Shown one piece after another: positions 47,468-56,654 of a stretch of 64,000 nt of DNA. Below the pieces are notes generated by a model. The model searched no databases and was not told the DNA's origin. It saw only the letters and a program-made list of their open reading frames with translations. Both the position numbers and the translations under genes were made by a program. This DNA comes from a virus: IMG/VR virus record IMGVR_UViG_3300025699_000004; one strand, given 5' to 3'. Numbering within the stretch: the stretch's first letter is position 1; every line of letters begins with the position of its first letter.

Positions 47468-47673
47468 TTAGCGACGTATAAGGCTTCGATTTCTTCAAGC
47501 TCATCTCCATAAGGGTAAACCCTTACTCTTAACTCATCAGCATCGTCTACGATCTGAAGGGAGAAATCTCCGACTTTAAGCCAAGCAATATGGCTAGTCA
47601 TTTCAAAATCTTCCCCTTTATCGTTACTAGGTACAATATTGTACATTTTACTATCTTGCGTATTCACATTCAT
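47464..47673 (-). CDS. Hypothetical protein
   Basis: Tiles operon. Confidence 0.6.
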   Translation of the reverse strand: MNVNTQDSKMYNIVPSNDKGEDFEMTSHIAWLKVGDFSLQIVDDADELRVRVYPYGDELEEIEALYVAK

Positions 47674-47848
47674 ATCTATTCCCCATTAATTGTTTGATCT
47701 TATCTTTAACTTGATGCCAAAGCTCTGTTGTCTCACCATCTTTTAACTTTTGTATTCCATAATCATACCAAACTTCGCAAATTCTGTCAATGTTTTTATC
47801 ATCGGATTTTACATTATAATGATTCCAAGTGTGTCCTTCTCCGCTCAT
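47651..47848 (-). CDS. Hypothetical protein
   Basis: Tiles operon. Confidence 0.6.
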   Translation of the reverse strand: MSGEGHTWNHYNVKSDDKNIDRICEVWYDYGIQKLKDGETTELWHQVKDKIKQLMGNRYECEYAR

Positions 47849-48114
47849 AATATAACTACCTTATCAAGGTCTTCGCACTCTGTCAACCCAAAATCTGATA
47901 ATTTTGCAAAAACCTTTTCGTTTTTCCAAGCGAAACCTTTGTAATCTAAGCGAGATTGGTCTGAGAGAGATAATATGCAATCAGCATCCCAATCAATTTT
48001 TTTTGATTTTAATAATGCTAACACCTTTGCCTTTAAATTTTTTGTGTGATCTATAATAAAATAGTCGTCTTCATTAATAAATTGCACTTTAGATAATTTG
48101 TTTTTTGTTTTCAT
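47845..48114 (-). CDS. Hypothetical protein
   Basis: Tiles operon. Confidence 0.65.
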   Translation of the reverse strand: MKTKNKLSKVQFINEDDYFIIDHTKNLKAKVLALLKSKKIDWDADCILSLSDQSRLDYKGFAWKNEKVFAKLSDFGLTECEDLDKVVIL

Positions 48115-48707
48115 TTTGATATTTTATGTGTTGATATAGCTATTCCATCTTTGTATTCATGTAAAGAAACTTCTGTGAAATCTACTTTATTTTGTAATTT
48201 TAAATAATTCTTGCCGACCTTTATCCATACATATTTTTTTTGTAATTGGTAGATGTCTCCATGACTTCCCATTTCGATTAAATGCGGAACTTTAGACCTC
48301 GGAGTAAAACCTCTTGATGGGGAATATTTAAATTTAGGCTTCAAACTATTTACCGCATCTTCATATTTCGGGTGAAATGGATTTGGCTTTACGCTTATTC
48401 CATGTTTAGAATCAGTATCTACCATGAAACCCTTATTAATTAGATTCTCTATCGTTCCATTTTTTGGAACTATCCACTTTCCGTTTGATCTGTATGCCGT
48501 TGGAGTTTTCTCAGTTATTGTTATTCCTCTTACTGATTTTTTGAAACTTTCAAATTTCAATTTTTGCTCATCAGTCTCTAACTTAGACTCTATTTTTTTA
48601 AGTTTTGAGTCCAACAATAAATCATTAATATCATGATTATTGTTGGCAAGGGATGTCAAAGAAGATAAAGATACAAAAATAAATATTGTTTTAAAGTTCA
48701 TCTTCAA
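48111..48707 (-). CDS. Putative secreted protein
   Basis: Signal-peptide-like N-terminus FKTIFIFVSLSSLTSLA. Confidence 0.65.
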   Translation of the reverse strand: MKMNFKTIFIFVSLSSLTSLANNNHDINDLLLDSKLKKIESKLETDEQKLKFESFKKSVRGITITEKTPTAYRSNGKWIVPKNGTIENLINKGFMVDTDSKHGISVKPNPFHPKYEDAVNSLKPKFKYSPSRGFTPRSKVPHLIEMGSHGDIYQLQKKYVWIKVGKNYLKLQNKVDFTEVSLHEYKDGIAISTHKISK

Positions 48708-49089
48708 CTTCCACCTCTCTATTTCCGTAACTCTTATTGTAACTAAATAAATATTGTTCCCTACCTGTATCTATTTGATGATATTCTCTTTCTTCATTAG
48801 GTGGATCGACTGCATAGCAAGCGACATCCCATGACCATGTACTAGGGTCAGTATATTCGTACTCTCCCGAACCATCTTGTTTGAGTCTAGTCCATTCGTC
48901 ACCACAATGGATATTATAATCTACATAAGTGCCGTCTTCTAGTTCGTAACTATTCCAATAGTCAAAATTATCACCTTCAGTTTTTACTTCGGGATTAACT
49001 TCTACTTTTTTAATATGCTCTAAAGCTAAGTCGATTATTTTTAACGCAACTTCTTTAGGAGCTTTCCATCTTTCGTATGTCTCAATCAT
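48691..49089 (-). CDS. Acidic hypothetical protein
   Basis: Tiles operon. Confidence 0.7.
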   Translation of the reverse strand: MIETYERWKAPKEVALKIIDLALEHIKKVEVNPEVKTEGDNFDYWNSYELEDGTYVDYNIHCGDEWTRLKQDGSGEYEYTDPSTWSWDVACYAVDPPNEEREYHQIDTGREQYLFSYNKSYGNREVEVEDEL

Positions 49090-49301
49090 GATATTTTCTT
49101 TTCTTTAATTAATTGTTCAAAAACACTCCACATTCTTTGATAGCGAGTGTCATGCAATTGTTTAATCCCGATCAACATATTTAATAGTTGATCTTCTGTA
49201 TGCTTAATTGGAGAATCTCCGATTGCATATATTATTGTATCTATATCTTCCCCTATTTGGTGGAGATTACTCATTGCATCTTCTAGTTCAAATCTATTCA
49301 T
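49086..49301 (-). CDS. Hypothetical protein
   Basis: TTGACA-17-TAAGGT-6-ATG. Confidence 0.75.
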   Translation of the reverse strand: MNRFELEDAMSNLHQIGEDIDTIIYAIGDSPIKHTEDQLLNMLIGIKQLHDTRYQRMWSVFEQLIKEKKIS

Positions 49302-49341
49302 GGCTTTACCTTATCATTATGTTTTTTATTTGTCAATAAAA

Positions 49342-50412
49342 TTAATCGCATTCTGAGATTAATTTCTTAATCGCCAAGTCTTTGGCTTTTACTTCGCACT
49401 CCCATTTCGCCTCTTGATCGGGATTTATAGCTATAGTTGGAGGTAGGTTCTTGTAGCTGAAATAATCACCATGAGCGCGAGGATTGGGGTCGCCGTCATT
49501 CTTGCCTTCAGACCAATGAAAGACAGGAGCGATGAAATCTCCTTCTTCTAAAATCTTAGCTTTACTTTTTTGATTTACCCAAGTATAAGCACATCTTTCT
49601 GCTTGCCATGCAACGTTTAAAACTTCAGATGGATTACAAGTATCATGTAAATTATCGTAACAAACAGGTAAATTGAATTTAAATTGTTGAAAGATATAAT
49701 CACTAAACTTAATTATATTATCGACATTCCATGCTCCACGATCTTCATTTTCTATTGTCAATCTATTATAAACCCCACTATCACATTTCATTAAATTGTC
49801 ATAGAAATTCTCTGCGACTTCAGAAATCTGATAATTTAAAAAAGATTCAGAATCAACGCCCTCTTTAACGTCTTCATGTTCCGCTCTAGGTAATGGAGCA
49901 TTGATATGTATATTCATTGGCGCGGTATGATCTTGTGGTAAACCTAGCATATCAAGAACACTAGCTTGAAAATTTAATTCTGTTATGGTTCTATCTACCG
50001 CGTCTAAGTTTTTAGATGCAAGAACATTAAATTGATCGGGGTGAGAGCCTATTGATATATTGAATTGCCTCGCAATCTTACCTGCAAAGCATAACTCTTC
50101 CTTTATTTGGGTGCAATCGGGCAAATCTTCGATAGAAACCTCTGTAGCATCATCAGTAATAAGAGGAAACAAAGCGGAGCTAAGGCGATAATGTAAAATA
50201 TTATTTTCAGAGCAATGGCGAATAATGTAACGAGTAGTGCGAGCATTATGTAAAATCCTTTCTGATAATCTTTCAACAGCTTCATCCTTACCATCTTTTA
50301 CACAGATATTATTAAATCCCCTACGAGTCATTGTTCTAAAAGAATATTTAACTTTATCTTTTTCTTTTAGTATCTCACTTATACACGTTAATCCCAATAT
50401 TTTAGTTGTCAT
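49342..50412 (-). CDS. uvsE: UV DNA damage endonuclease
   Basis: LGLTCIS, YRLSSALFP, HPDQFNVLAS, RLTIENED, D.LH, HWSE, CEVKAKD. Confidence 0.9.
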   Translation of the reverse strand: MTTKILGLTCISEILKEKDKVKYSFRTMTRRGFNNICVKDGKDEAVERLSERILHNARTTRYIIRHCSENNILHYRLSSALFPLITDDATEVSIEDLPDCTQIKEELCFAGKIARQFNISIGSHPDQFNVLASKNLDAVDRTITELNFQASVLDMLGLPQDHTAPMNIHINAPLPRAEHEDVKEGVDSESFLNYQISEVAENFYDNLMKCDSGVYNRLTIENEDRGAWNVDNIIKFSDYIFQQFKFNLPVCYDNLHDTCNPSEVLNVAWQAERCAYTWVNQKSKAKILEEGDFIAPVFHWSEGKNDGDPNPRAHGDYFSYKNLPPTIAINPDQEAKWECEVKAKDLAIKKLISECD

Positions 50413-50501
50413 TCTGTTATGTTAGCTTATTTTTTAAAAAATGTCAATTAAAAAGTGTAATTGCATTTTATGTAAGAATAATAATATTAATTGCGAAAAA
50501 A

Positions 50502-50696
50502 ATGAAAAATGAAAAAATATTTAAATATTTATTCAATCAAATCAAAAAGTCAATGACTTTTTATTGGGTAAATGGGAATGAAGAAAAAAGAAAAATGAGG
50601 ATAGCCGAATACTGCTCAAATAAGATTGATAATCTTACTGAGGAAGAATACCTCGAAATTAAAAAAAAAGCTGATGAAGATTCACCAAATTCTTAA
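50502..50696 (+). CDS. Hypothetical protein (start moved to MKNEK)
   Basis: Fills gap between uvsE promoter and convergent gene; GTGTAA at 50455. Confidence 0.5.
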   Translation: MKNEKIFKYLFNQIKKSMTFYWVNGNEEKRKMRIAEYCSNKIDNLTEEEYLEIKKKADEDSPNS

Positions 50697-51014
50697 TTTA
50701 AGCATTAAAATATCGAAAAACATTCTAATGTCACATATTTTCGCCTTGATGGTTGTTTTTCCACCATCCTTATAGCCATCCCAAGCTAAAGGATTATTCT
50801 TTTCAAATAAGAAATGACCCGACCATGCGAAAGGGTATACTACAAATGGAATAATTGGAATTAATATCCAAAATGAATTTTTTATTACAAAACAAATGAA
50901 AAAAATTGTAGCTATCTGACCTAAGAAGTGAAAAAGTCTACATTTTGGATTCTGATGTAAACTTAAATAATACTGATAATACTCATTATTTGGAAAATAT
51001 TTTTTAAAAATCAT
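50682..51014 (-). CDS. DUF962/Mpo1-like membrane protein
   Basis: YLSLHQNPKCRLFHFLG...YPFAWSGHFLFEKN.P; GTGTAA-N10-ATG. Confidence 0.8.
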   Translation of the reverse strand: MIFKKYFPNNEYYQYYLSLHQNPKCRLFHFLGQIATIFFICFVIKNSFWILIPIIPFVVYPFAWSGHFLFEKNNPLAWDGYKDGGKTTIKAKICDIRMFFDILMLKLRIW

Positions 51015-51024
51015 AATTTATTTA

Positions 51025-51510
51025 TTACACTTGGTTTTTATATCTTACCATTAATAAGTCAATGGGACTATTTGTAAAAATATCATGTATCATAGTATTT
51101 ATTATTCTTATACTGCCCCCCGCTAAACCACAAGATATTCCGTAAGGTAAACCAAAAATTATTTCATCTCCACTATTTTTTTTAAAAACTAAATCTTTTT
51201 CTACTTGTGATAGCGATAAGTAAAATGCTTCGTAATTAACTTCTCTGCCGTTCCCTACTTTTTCTTGTGTGTAAAGGTTATATATGCCTTTTTGACATTC
51301 TCCATTGTCAGCCCAACCAAAAGACCAACTGCCTAAGATATTTTCCCCTCTTTTATTTGCTATGCAGTCGGCTTTCCAAGCCAACGGGTAACGATCTTTT
51401 ATCTGTTTAGCGATTCCTGCTCCCATCATGTTTAATGTATTACAAGAATGGGCGATTGTGTTGATTCTATTTGGGAAATCAAGAAGATTGCCATCTATCA
51501 TGTTTATCAT
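51025..51510 (-). CDS. Macro domain (ADP-ribose processing) protein
   Basis: GNLLD, IAHSCN..NMMGAGIAKQIK.RYP, IYNLYTQ, PYGISCGLAGG. Confidence 0.85.
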   Translation of the reverse strand: MINMIDGNLLDFPNRINTIAHSCNTLNMMGAGIAKQIKDRYPLAWKADCIANKRGENILGSWSFGWADNGECQKGIYNLYTQEKVGNGREVNYEAFYLSLSQVEKDLVFKKNSGDEIIFGLPYGISCGLAGGSIRIINTMIHDIFTNSPIDLLMVRYKNQV

Positions 51511-51541
51511 AAAAATATATTAGAGAAAAAATGCATAAGAG

Positions 51542-52615
51542 TCAAGAAGATTCTTCCTTCATCTTTGATGTCTTTTTCAAAATCCCTTTTTTATATAAAT
51601 GAGTTTCCTTAGCTCTTATAGAACTAATAGGCTTTCTTAATTTTTTAGCTATTTCTTTACCTGGAACACCTTTATTTGAAAGATTTATTAATAATTCTTC
51701 ATCTTTTTTAGAGAAGGGGAATTTTTGTTTTGGAGGCTTTTTCTTCAAAAGAAATCCTAGCTTTAACCAACGGGATTGATTGATTATTTGATACTCTGTG
51801 AATTTTCCTTTAAAAAATTTTTTACTAACATATTCAGCCGTAAAAGATAAAGGGTTGCTTATTAATAACAAAGTTAATTCGGTTTTATCTTTGTTATTAA
51901 AATAAATGTGACCACTTGGTTCAAAGAAATCATTTATAGCTTTATTGCCTTCCGATATTTTTTCAAAAAAATCATCATTTAATATTTTACTATTCATGCC
52001 ATCTTTTAAAGAACCTATAGATTTAGTTTTTGCGACTATTTTTTGAAAACTTAAATCAATAGCTTGTCTTGTAACCCCAAATTCTTTAGCTATATTTTTT
52101 TGCTTTTCTCCTGACTGAAGCTTTAAGAAAATTTTTAACTCGTTTTTAGTTAATTTAGACTTTATTTCGTTTAAAATATATTCATACTTATTTCCAATAT
52201 TTATACTTTCAACACTAGGTTCAACCCCGCTTTGCTCAAGAGCTAAATCTAAAGAAGTCTTCTCTCCGTCCTCAGTAAAGTATACATTATCAGACCTCTT
52301 TGAAACCCATTTTCCAGATTTTTTTTCCGAGCAAGTTAAGCTTGAATATTTCCATTTAATTAAATTCCTACAATAAATAAAAGCAGTATGCTTAAACGAA
52401 TCATATTTAAAATCTTTACCTATATAGTTAATTATTTTCTCTTTGCTTTTGATTAAATACAAATTAACTTCAGATAATAATTCGTCAGAATCTAAAGGGT
52501 GAGACTTGCCTTTATATTTTCCTATTATCTTCACCAAGTCTCCTTGGAAAGACTCTAAGAAATTATCAAATAATTTTAATCTTTTGCGGTCTACTATATT
52601 TTGTTGGATATTCAT
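51542..52615 (-). CDS. Divergent sigma70-like factor with extra C-terminal HTH
   Basis: Region-2-like DELLSEVNLYL...FKHTAFIYCRN; region-4 KLT..E..IF...KQKNIAKEFGVTRQAI. Confidence 0.65.
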   Translation of the reverse strand: MNIQQNIVDRKRLKLFDNFLESFQGDLVKIIGKYKGKSHPLDSDELLSEVNLYLIKSKEKIINYIGKDFKYDSFKHTAFIYCRNLIKWKYSSLTCSEKKSGKWVSKRSDNVYFTEDGEKTSLDLALEQSGVEPSVESINIGNKYEYILNEIKSKLTKNELKIFLKLQSGEKQKNIAKEFGVTRQAIDLSFQKIVAKTKSIGSLKDGMNSKILNDDFFEKISEGNKAINDFFEPSGHIYFNNKDKTELTLLLISNPLSFTAEYVSKKFFKGKFTEYQIINQSRWLKLGFLLKKKPPKQKFPFSKKDEELLINLSNKGVPGKEIAKKLRKPISSIRAKETHLYKKGILKKTSKMKEESS

Positions 52616-53609
52616 TAGTCCAATTTATTTTATAAAGTTTTTTGCTTGTTACTAGAATTTTACAAAGATGAGAATAGGTTAAACCTAAATATTTAGCTGT
52701 TTTTATTCTGCTATTATTAAACTTAGGAAGGGCGTTTTTTATTTTTGGTATTATTTCATTATAAAAAAAATCTCTTTTTTTTGCTTTTGTTTTTTTTGAA
52801 TTTTCAATTTTTCTTTTTTCTTGCTCTTTAGTTAAATTAGAAAAAGGTATATGCCCATTACTCATTAATTTTTTCATTGTTTTTTTTTGGATTGAAGATC
52901 TGATTTTTGTAGGCAAAATAGGAGGTTTTTGCTTTGGGAAAGGATATTCTTTATTCCAATCGACAGTGTATATTCTTTTCATATATGAATAAAATAAATT
53001 TCTAGAAATACCCATCTCTTTTGAAGCTTTTAGTCTGACATTATTATTATTTGTTAAAGCCTCTATCATTTTCTCCTTTACCGCATTCATCTCTTCCTTG
53101 TCCCATTTGACCCAATGACCTTTGTAGATCATACCTTTCCTATCCTCTAAGGCTCTCGTCTTTCCTTTTCTGTTTATATGTGACCAATTTTCTTTACCCG
53201 ATTTGAAGCCTATGGATAAAATATGATCAAGATCAGTTTTATTAAATCGATTTGTGTACCCTTCTTTTCTGATTATTTCTTTTTTAAATAGAACATTGTT
53301 ATAATTAGGGAATGAAGCTTTTTTTATTTGCTCCCAATTCTCAAAACTTAACTTTCTATTTGCCTGGATTTTATAATTACCATGAAACATGAATCCCTGA
53401 ATAGCTTTTACCTTTATAAGGGGATCGTCTTTCTTTAATTTCTTAATTAATGTTTTTTTTGCAGAATCATACGATTTCGCTCTTATAAAAGTCTTAAAAT
53501 CTTTTTCGACACCATCAGAATATTTTTCTGTATAATTTATATTCCAATATTGATCGAAAGGGAAAGTTTTTGATCGGAATTTTTTTTGACAACTACTTCT
53601 TTTTTTCAT
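52566..53609 (-). CDS. Unknown domain X plus two Fis-like HTH repeats
   Basis: DQYWNI...FIRAKSYD.A...MFH...W..I...FPN.NN.LFK; EALT.NNNV..KASKEMGISR and NAL.KFNNS..KTAKYLGLT. Confidence 0.65.
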   Translation of the reverse strand: MKKRSSCQKKFRSKTFPFDQYWNINYTEKYSDGVEKDFKTFIRAKSYDSAKKTLIKKLKKDDPLIKVKAIQGFMFHGNYKIQANRKLSFENWEQIKKASFPNYNNVLFKKEIIRKEGYTNRFNKTDLDHILSIGFKSGKENWSHINRKGKTRALEDRKGMIYKGHWVKWDKEEMNAVKEKMIEALTNNNNVRLKASKEMGISRNLFYSYMKRIYTVDWNKEYPFPKQKPPILPTKIRSSIQKKTMKKLMSNGHIPFSNLTKEQEKRKIENSKKTKAKKRDFFYNEIIPKIKNALPKFNNSRIKTAKYLGLTYSHLCKILVTSKKLYKINWTNEYPTKYSRPQKIKII

Positions 53610-54087
53610 TTAATAAAATTTTAAGTTTTCTAATCATTTCTGATTTTGATCTAGACACTAAATTGACAGGAGTTTTTGTTTTTTGGGAAATTTCTTTAAC
53701 ATTATAACCTTTATTTAAATAATAATATATATTATATTGCTTTTCGGACAAATAAGCTTTCACCCTTTTATCTAAAGCCTTTTTTTCATCCGAAACTAAA
53801 TCGTGAAAAGGGTCTGATATAATAGGAAAATCTTGATGTTCGAAATTAATATATCTTCTACCCCATCTCTTTTTGTTTTGTAAGTATTTTTTTATTTGAA
53901 AACGACAAATTGTAATAGCCCAATTTAAAAGTTTTTTTGAGCGATCAAATTCAAGCCTTTTTTTTATTAAAATTAAATTTACATTTTGAATAATATCTTT
54001 AGCATCATTATTGCAATAAACCACACTATTTACATATTTTTCAATATTTGGTTGTATTATTTCTATCTGTTGATCAGAAAACGTCAT
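53593..54087 (-). CDS. ECF-type sigma70 factor
   Basis: DAKDIIQNVNL.L.KK..EFD.SK.LLNWA.TI.RFQ; region-4 HTH GYNVKEISQ. Confidence 0.75.
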   Translation of the reverse strand: MTFSDQQIEIIQPNIEKYVNSVVYCNNDAKDIIQNVNLILIKKRLEFDRSKKLLNWAITICRFQIKKYLQNKKRWGRRYINFEHQDFPIISDPFHDLVSDEKKALDKRVKAYLSEKQYNIYYYLNKGYNVKEISQKTKTPVNLVSRSKSEMIRKLKILLNEKKK

Positions 54088-54091
54088 AGAA

Positions 54092-54946
54092 TTAGTATTT
54101 CGTCTTTAGCCATCCCTTATACTTCTTTTTGTTAAAAATCCCCATAACTTGATGTTGGTGATACCTGCCCTTAAAAAGATCGCAGATTTCTTGAGCTGTA
54201 AAATGCTTGGGTTTTTTAGAAACCATTTTGAATATTTTTTCAAAATCTTTTTGTCTTTGGCTATTAATTTTTCCTAAATCTTTTTCCGAGGAAAATAAAT
54301 CACTCATAGCTTTCATTCCTATTTCTATGTTTTCCCAAGAAGAATCTTCATTTAATTTTATTTTTATCCTAGCTCTAAGTTTATTTTTTAAATTTATGAA
54401 GCTTGCCGATATTGCTTGATGGGTTACGCCCATTTGATTAGATATATTAAATTGATTCTCGCCTTTCATTAAGGATTCTAATATTTTGACCTCTATTTCT
54501 GTAAACCAATTAGTGTAGTCCTTTATTATTTCAAAATAATATTCAATTTTTTGCTTGGAGTCAAAATCCAAATCGGCGTTTTCCCCGCAAGTTTCGCAAG
54601 CGATCTCAAAAGAAGTTTTTGAACCTTCTTCCGTATGGATTACAGAGTTGTTGCGCCGAGAAACATACTTAGAGCCTAGTTCTCGATAGTGATCCCATGA
54701 GGGGGCTTTTCTGGAATAAATACATACGATATATCTAAAACTCTCAAAAGAAAATTCATTAAACCCTTTTTCCGAATCTCTAAAAGAGATAATTGAGTCC
54801 ATCTTTTTCATCAAGGTTAAATTTAAATTGCTAGCTATTTCCTCTACAGACAATACATTAAATGCTTTTCTGCCTTTGGAAACTAAACGGTGTAAATCAT
54901 CTTGAAATTCCGATAGATATTTTAAAAATTTTTCTTGATCAGTCAT
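54092..54946 (-). CDS. Divergent sigma70-like factor (paralog of 51542)
   Basis: Shares SK.VS.R....TE.G.KTS and HTH GE.Q.NI...GVT.QAI with 51542 protein. Confidence 0.65.
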   Translation of the reverse strand: MTDQEKFLKYLSEFQDDLHRLVSKGRKAFNVLSVEEIASNLNLTLMKKMDSIISFRDSEKGFNEFSFESFRYIVCIYSRKAPSWDHYRELGSKYVSRRNNSVIHTEEGSKTSFEIACETCGENADLDFDSKQKIEYYFEIIKDYTNWFTEIEVKILESLMKGENQFNISNQMGVTHQAISASFINLKNKLRARIKIKLNEDSSWENIEIGMKAMSDLFSSEKDLGKINSQRQKDFEKIFKMVSKKPKHFTAQEICDLFKGRYHQHQVMGIFNKKKYKGWLKTKY

Positions 54947-54950
54947 TTTT

Positions 54951-55376
54951 TTAAACCTCTTCTTTTATTTTTTCTGAGACAAGGAATTTGAATAAAAAAT
55001 TATTTTCATTGGGGAACGCACAATTTCTAATATCTTCCCAATCTTTAATAGTTATTAACTTTGATTTTGTAGTTCCGCCCTTTTTTACAAATTGATAATT
55101 TTTATGAAACATGTGACCCTTGAAGTTTTTGAAAGAAGTATTAACTTTATCTTTTGATAGTTTTTTCTTTAATATAGATATGGCATAGTCAAAAGACCTA
55201 GCTTTCACGATTGTTATATATTCTTTTTCCCAAGAAAAATGATCGCATTCCGTAAAATAAATTTTCCAAAACTGATCAATGGAGAATTTTTTATTTTTAA
55301 AAGAATTCTGTTTTAATTTATTATTCATCATCGAAATTACTGTCAACTTCCTGTTTGAAATTTGGGTTGTTTTCAT
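54951..55376 (-). CDS. Stand-alone unknown domain X protein
   Basis: DQFWKI...IVKARSFD.A...MFH...DW..I...FPNENN.LFK. Confidence 0.7.
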   Translation of the reverse strand: MKTTQISNRKLTVISMMNNKLKQNSFKNKKFSIDQFWKIYFTECDHFSWEKEYITIVKARSFDYAISILKKKLSKDKVNTSFKNFKGHMFHKNYQFVKKGGTTKSKLITIKDWEDIRNCAFPNENNFLFKFLVSEKIKEEV

Positions 55377-55557
55377 ACTCTCCTACAGACCTTCCTATTT
55401 TAAATGCATATTTATCTATAAAAAATACACAAATAGATATGCACCAAGGAGTTAATTCTGTTAATTCAAAGTTTGTAAATAATAGCACGAAAATTATCAA
55501 ATAAGGACAATATTTATTTGCGATATAATCAATAGCTGCGTAATCTGTTTCTTTCAT
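55321..55557 (-). CDS. Small membrane protein
   Basis: Two short hydrophobic segments. Confidence 0.6.
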   Translation of the reverse strand: MKETDYAAIDYIANKYCPYLIIFVLLFTNFELTELTPWCISICVFFIDKYAFKIGRSVGEYENNPNFKQEVDSNFDDE

Positions 55558-55871
55558 TATTTTGTGTTGTTGTAGTCGAATTGATCTATTGCGGCGTGAT
55601 AACCGTCTGAGTAACTAAGGAGGGAGTCTTTGTTCATACTTAATATAAGGGCATGCCTATTGCCGTCTCTGAAACCTCGATCATATTCTAATTTTAATTT
55701 ATTAGTCTCTGTTCTGACCATATGGGATATTTCGTCTTGTTGTAACTTGAAGGAGAAGTTGTAATTATCTCTTAATATTTTATATTCATTTAAATTTTTA
55801 ATAATAGTATTTATATAAAAAGCTAAAAAAATTAAACAAGTGAACCAAATTATTCTTTCTTTATTGTTCAT
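55557..55871 (-). CDS. Membrane-anchored hypothetical protein
   Basis: N-terminal TM; YDRGFRDG and YSDGYHAA. Confidence 0.65.
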   Translation of the reverse strand: MNNKERIIWFTCLIFLAFYINTIIKNLNEYKILRDNYNFSFKLQQDEISHMVRTETNKLKLEYDRGFRDGNRHALILSMNKDSLLSYSDGYHAAIDQFDYNNTK

Positions 55872-55887
55872 GGTGTATGTTTTTATT

Positions 55888-56055
55888 ATGGAAAAGGTTG
55901 AAATAAAAAATAAAATTACGAGCGATTATATTATAGAGTTGTACGAAAAAGCAAAAACCATCAAAGATCCCACGAAAAAAAGCAAGGCGATGAAAAATAT
56001 TAAAATTATGTCCGAGCATTTAGGCGAATATTTAGTTAGGAAAATTAAAAAATAA
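55888..56055 (+). CDS. Small basic protein (start moved to MEKVE)
   Basis: GTGTAT-N9-ATG at 55873-55890. Confidence 0.6.
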   Translation: MEKVEIKNKITSDYIIELYEKAKTIKDPTKKSKAMKNIKIMSEHLGEYLVRKIKK

Positions 56056-56413
56056 AATCATCATCTTTCTCTTCTTCTCGTTTTTCTTCGTATGGAGGAC
56101 TCCAATAAACATCTTTAAATAAAACTAGGTCAATTTTTGTTGGAGCTATCCAATCATTAATTAAAGCTTCGAATTCTTGATTCGCATTGTATCTCCACTT
56201 GTCGGCATCTCTGCTACGATCATTTTGATCATCATCATATTGCAAATGATCGAAATCATAGACAGGAACTTCTATGCCCACTGGCTCTCCGAAAGGCACT
56301 GGTTCATTTGTGCTTTCGTAAAAGAATTCATTGTCTTCGCCAGCATAAACAACTTCTTTTGAACTTAGCGAAGCGAACTTATCATCATCTAATATTAGTT
56401 TTATTTTATTCAT
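56045..56413 (-). CDS. Acidic hypothetical protein (start moved to MNKIK)
   Basis: TTGACT-17-TATAAT-7-ATG. Confidence 0.7.
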   Translation of the reverse strand: MNKIKLILDDDKFASLSSKEVVYAGEDNEFFYESTNEPVPFGEPVGIEVPVYDFDHLQYDDDQNDRSRDADKWRYNANQEFEALINDWIAPTKIDLVLFKDVYWSPPYEEKREEEKDDDFIF

Positions 56414-56432
56414 AATTTGAATTATAGCATAT

Positions 56433-56654
56433 TTATTTTTTAGAGTCAAGCTTTTTTTGAAAATATATTCTAACTATAGCTTTTCTAACTACTGCAAAAC
56501 TAAAAAGTATAGAAGAACTCCAAAGTGTAATTTGTAAAGCATTGAAATTTAAATTTAAGCAGAGTGCGATAACGATGTAATTAAGCGGAACCATTATTAC
56601 AGTACCTAGTATAGTGTCTACAGTAGCCTCTTTAAATGCGTCAAGTTTTTTCAC
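56433..56654 (-). CDS. Small two-TM membrane protein
   Basis: Hydrophobic pattern; coupled to MTase. Confidence 0.7.
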   Translation of the reverse strand: MKKLDAFKEATVDTILGTVIMVPLNYIVIALCLNLNFNALQITLWSSSILFSFAVVRKAIVRIYFQKKLDSKK

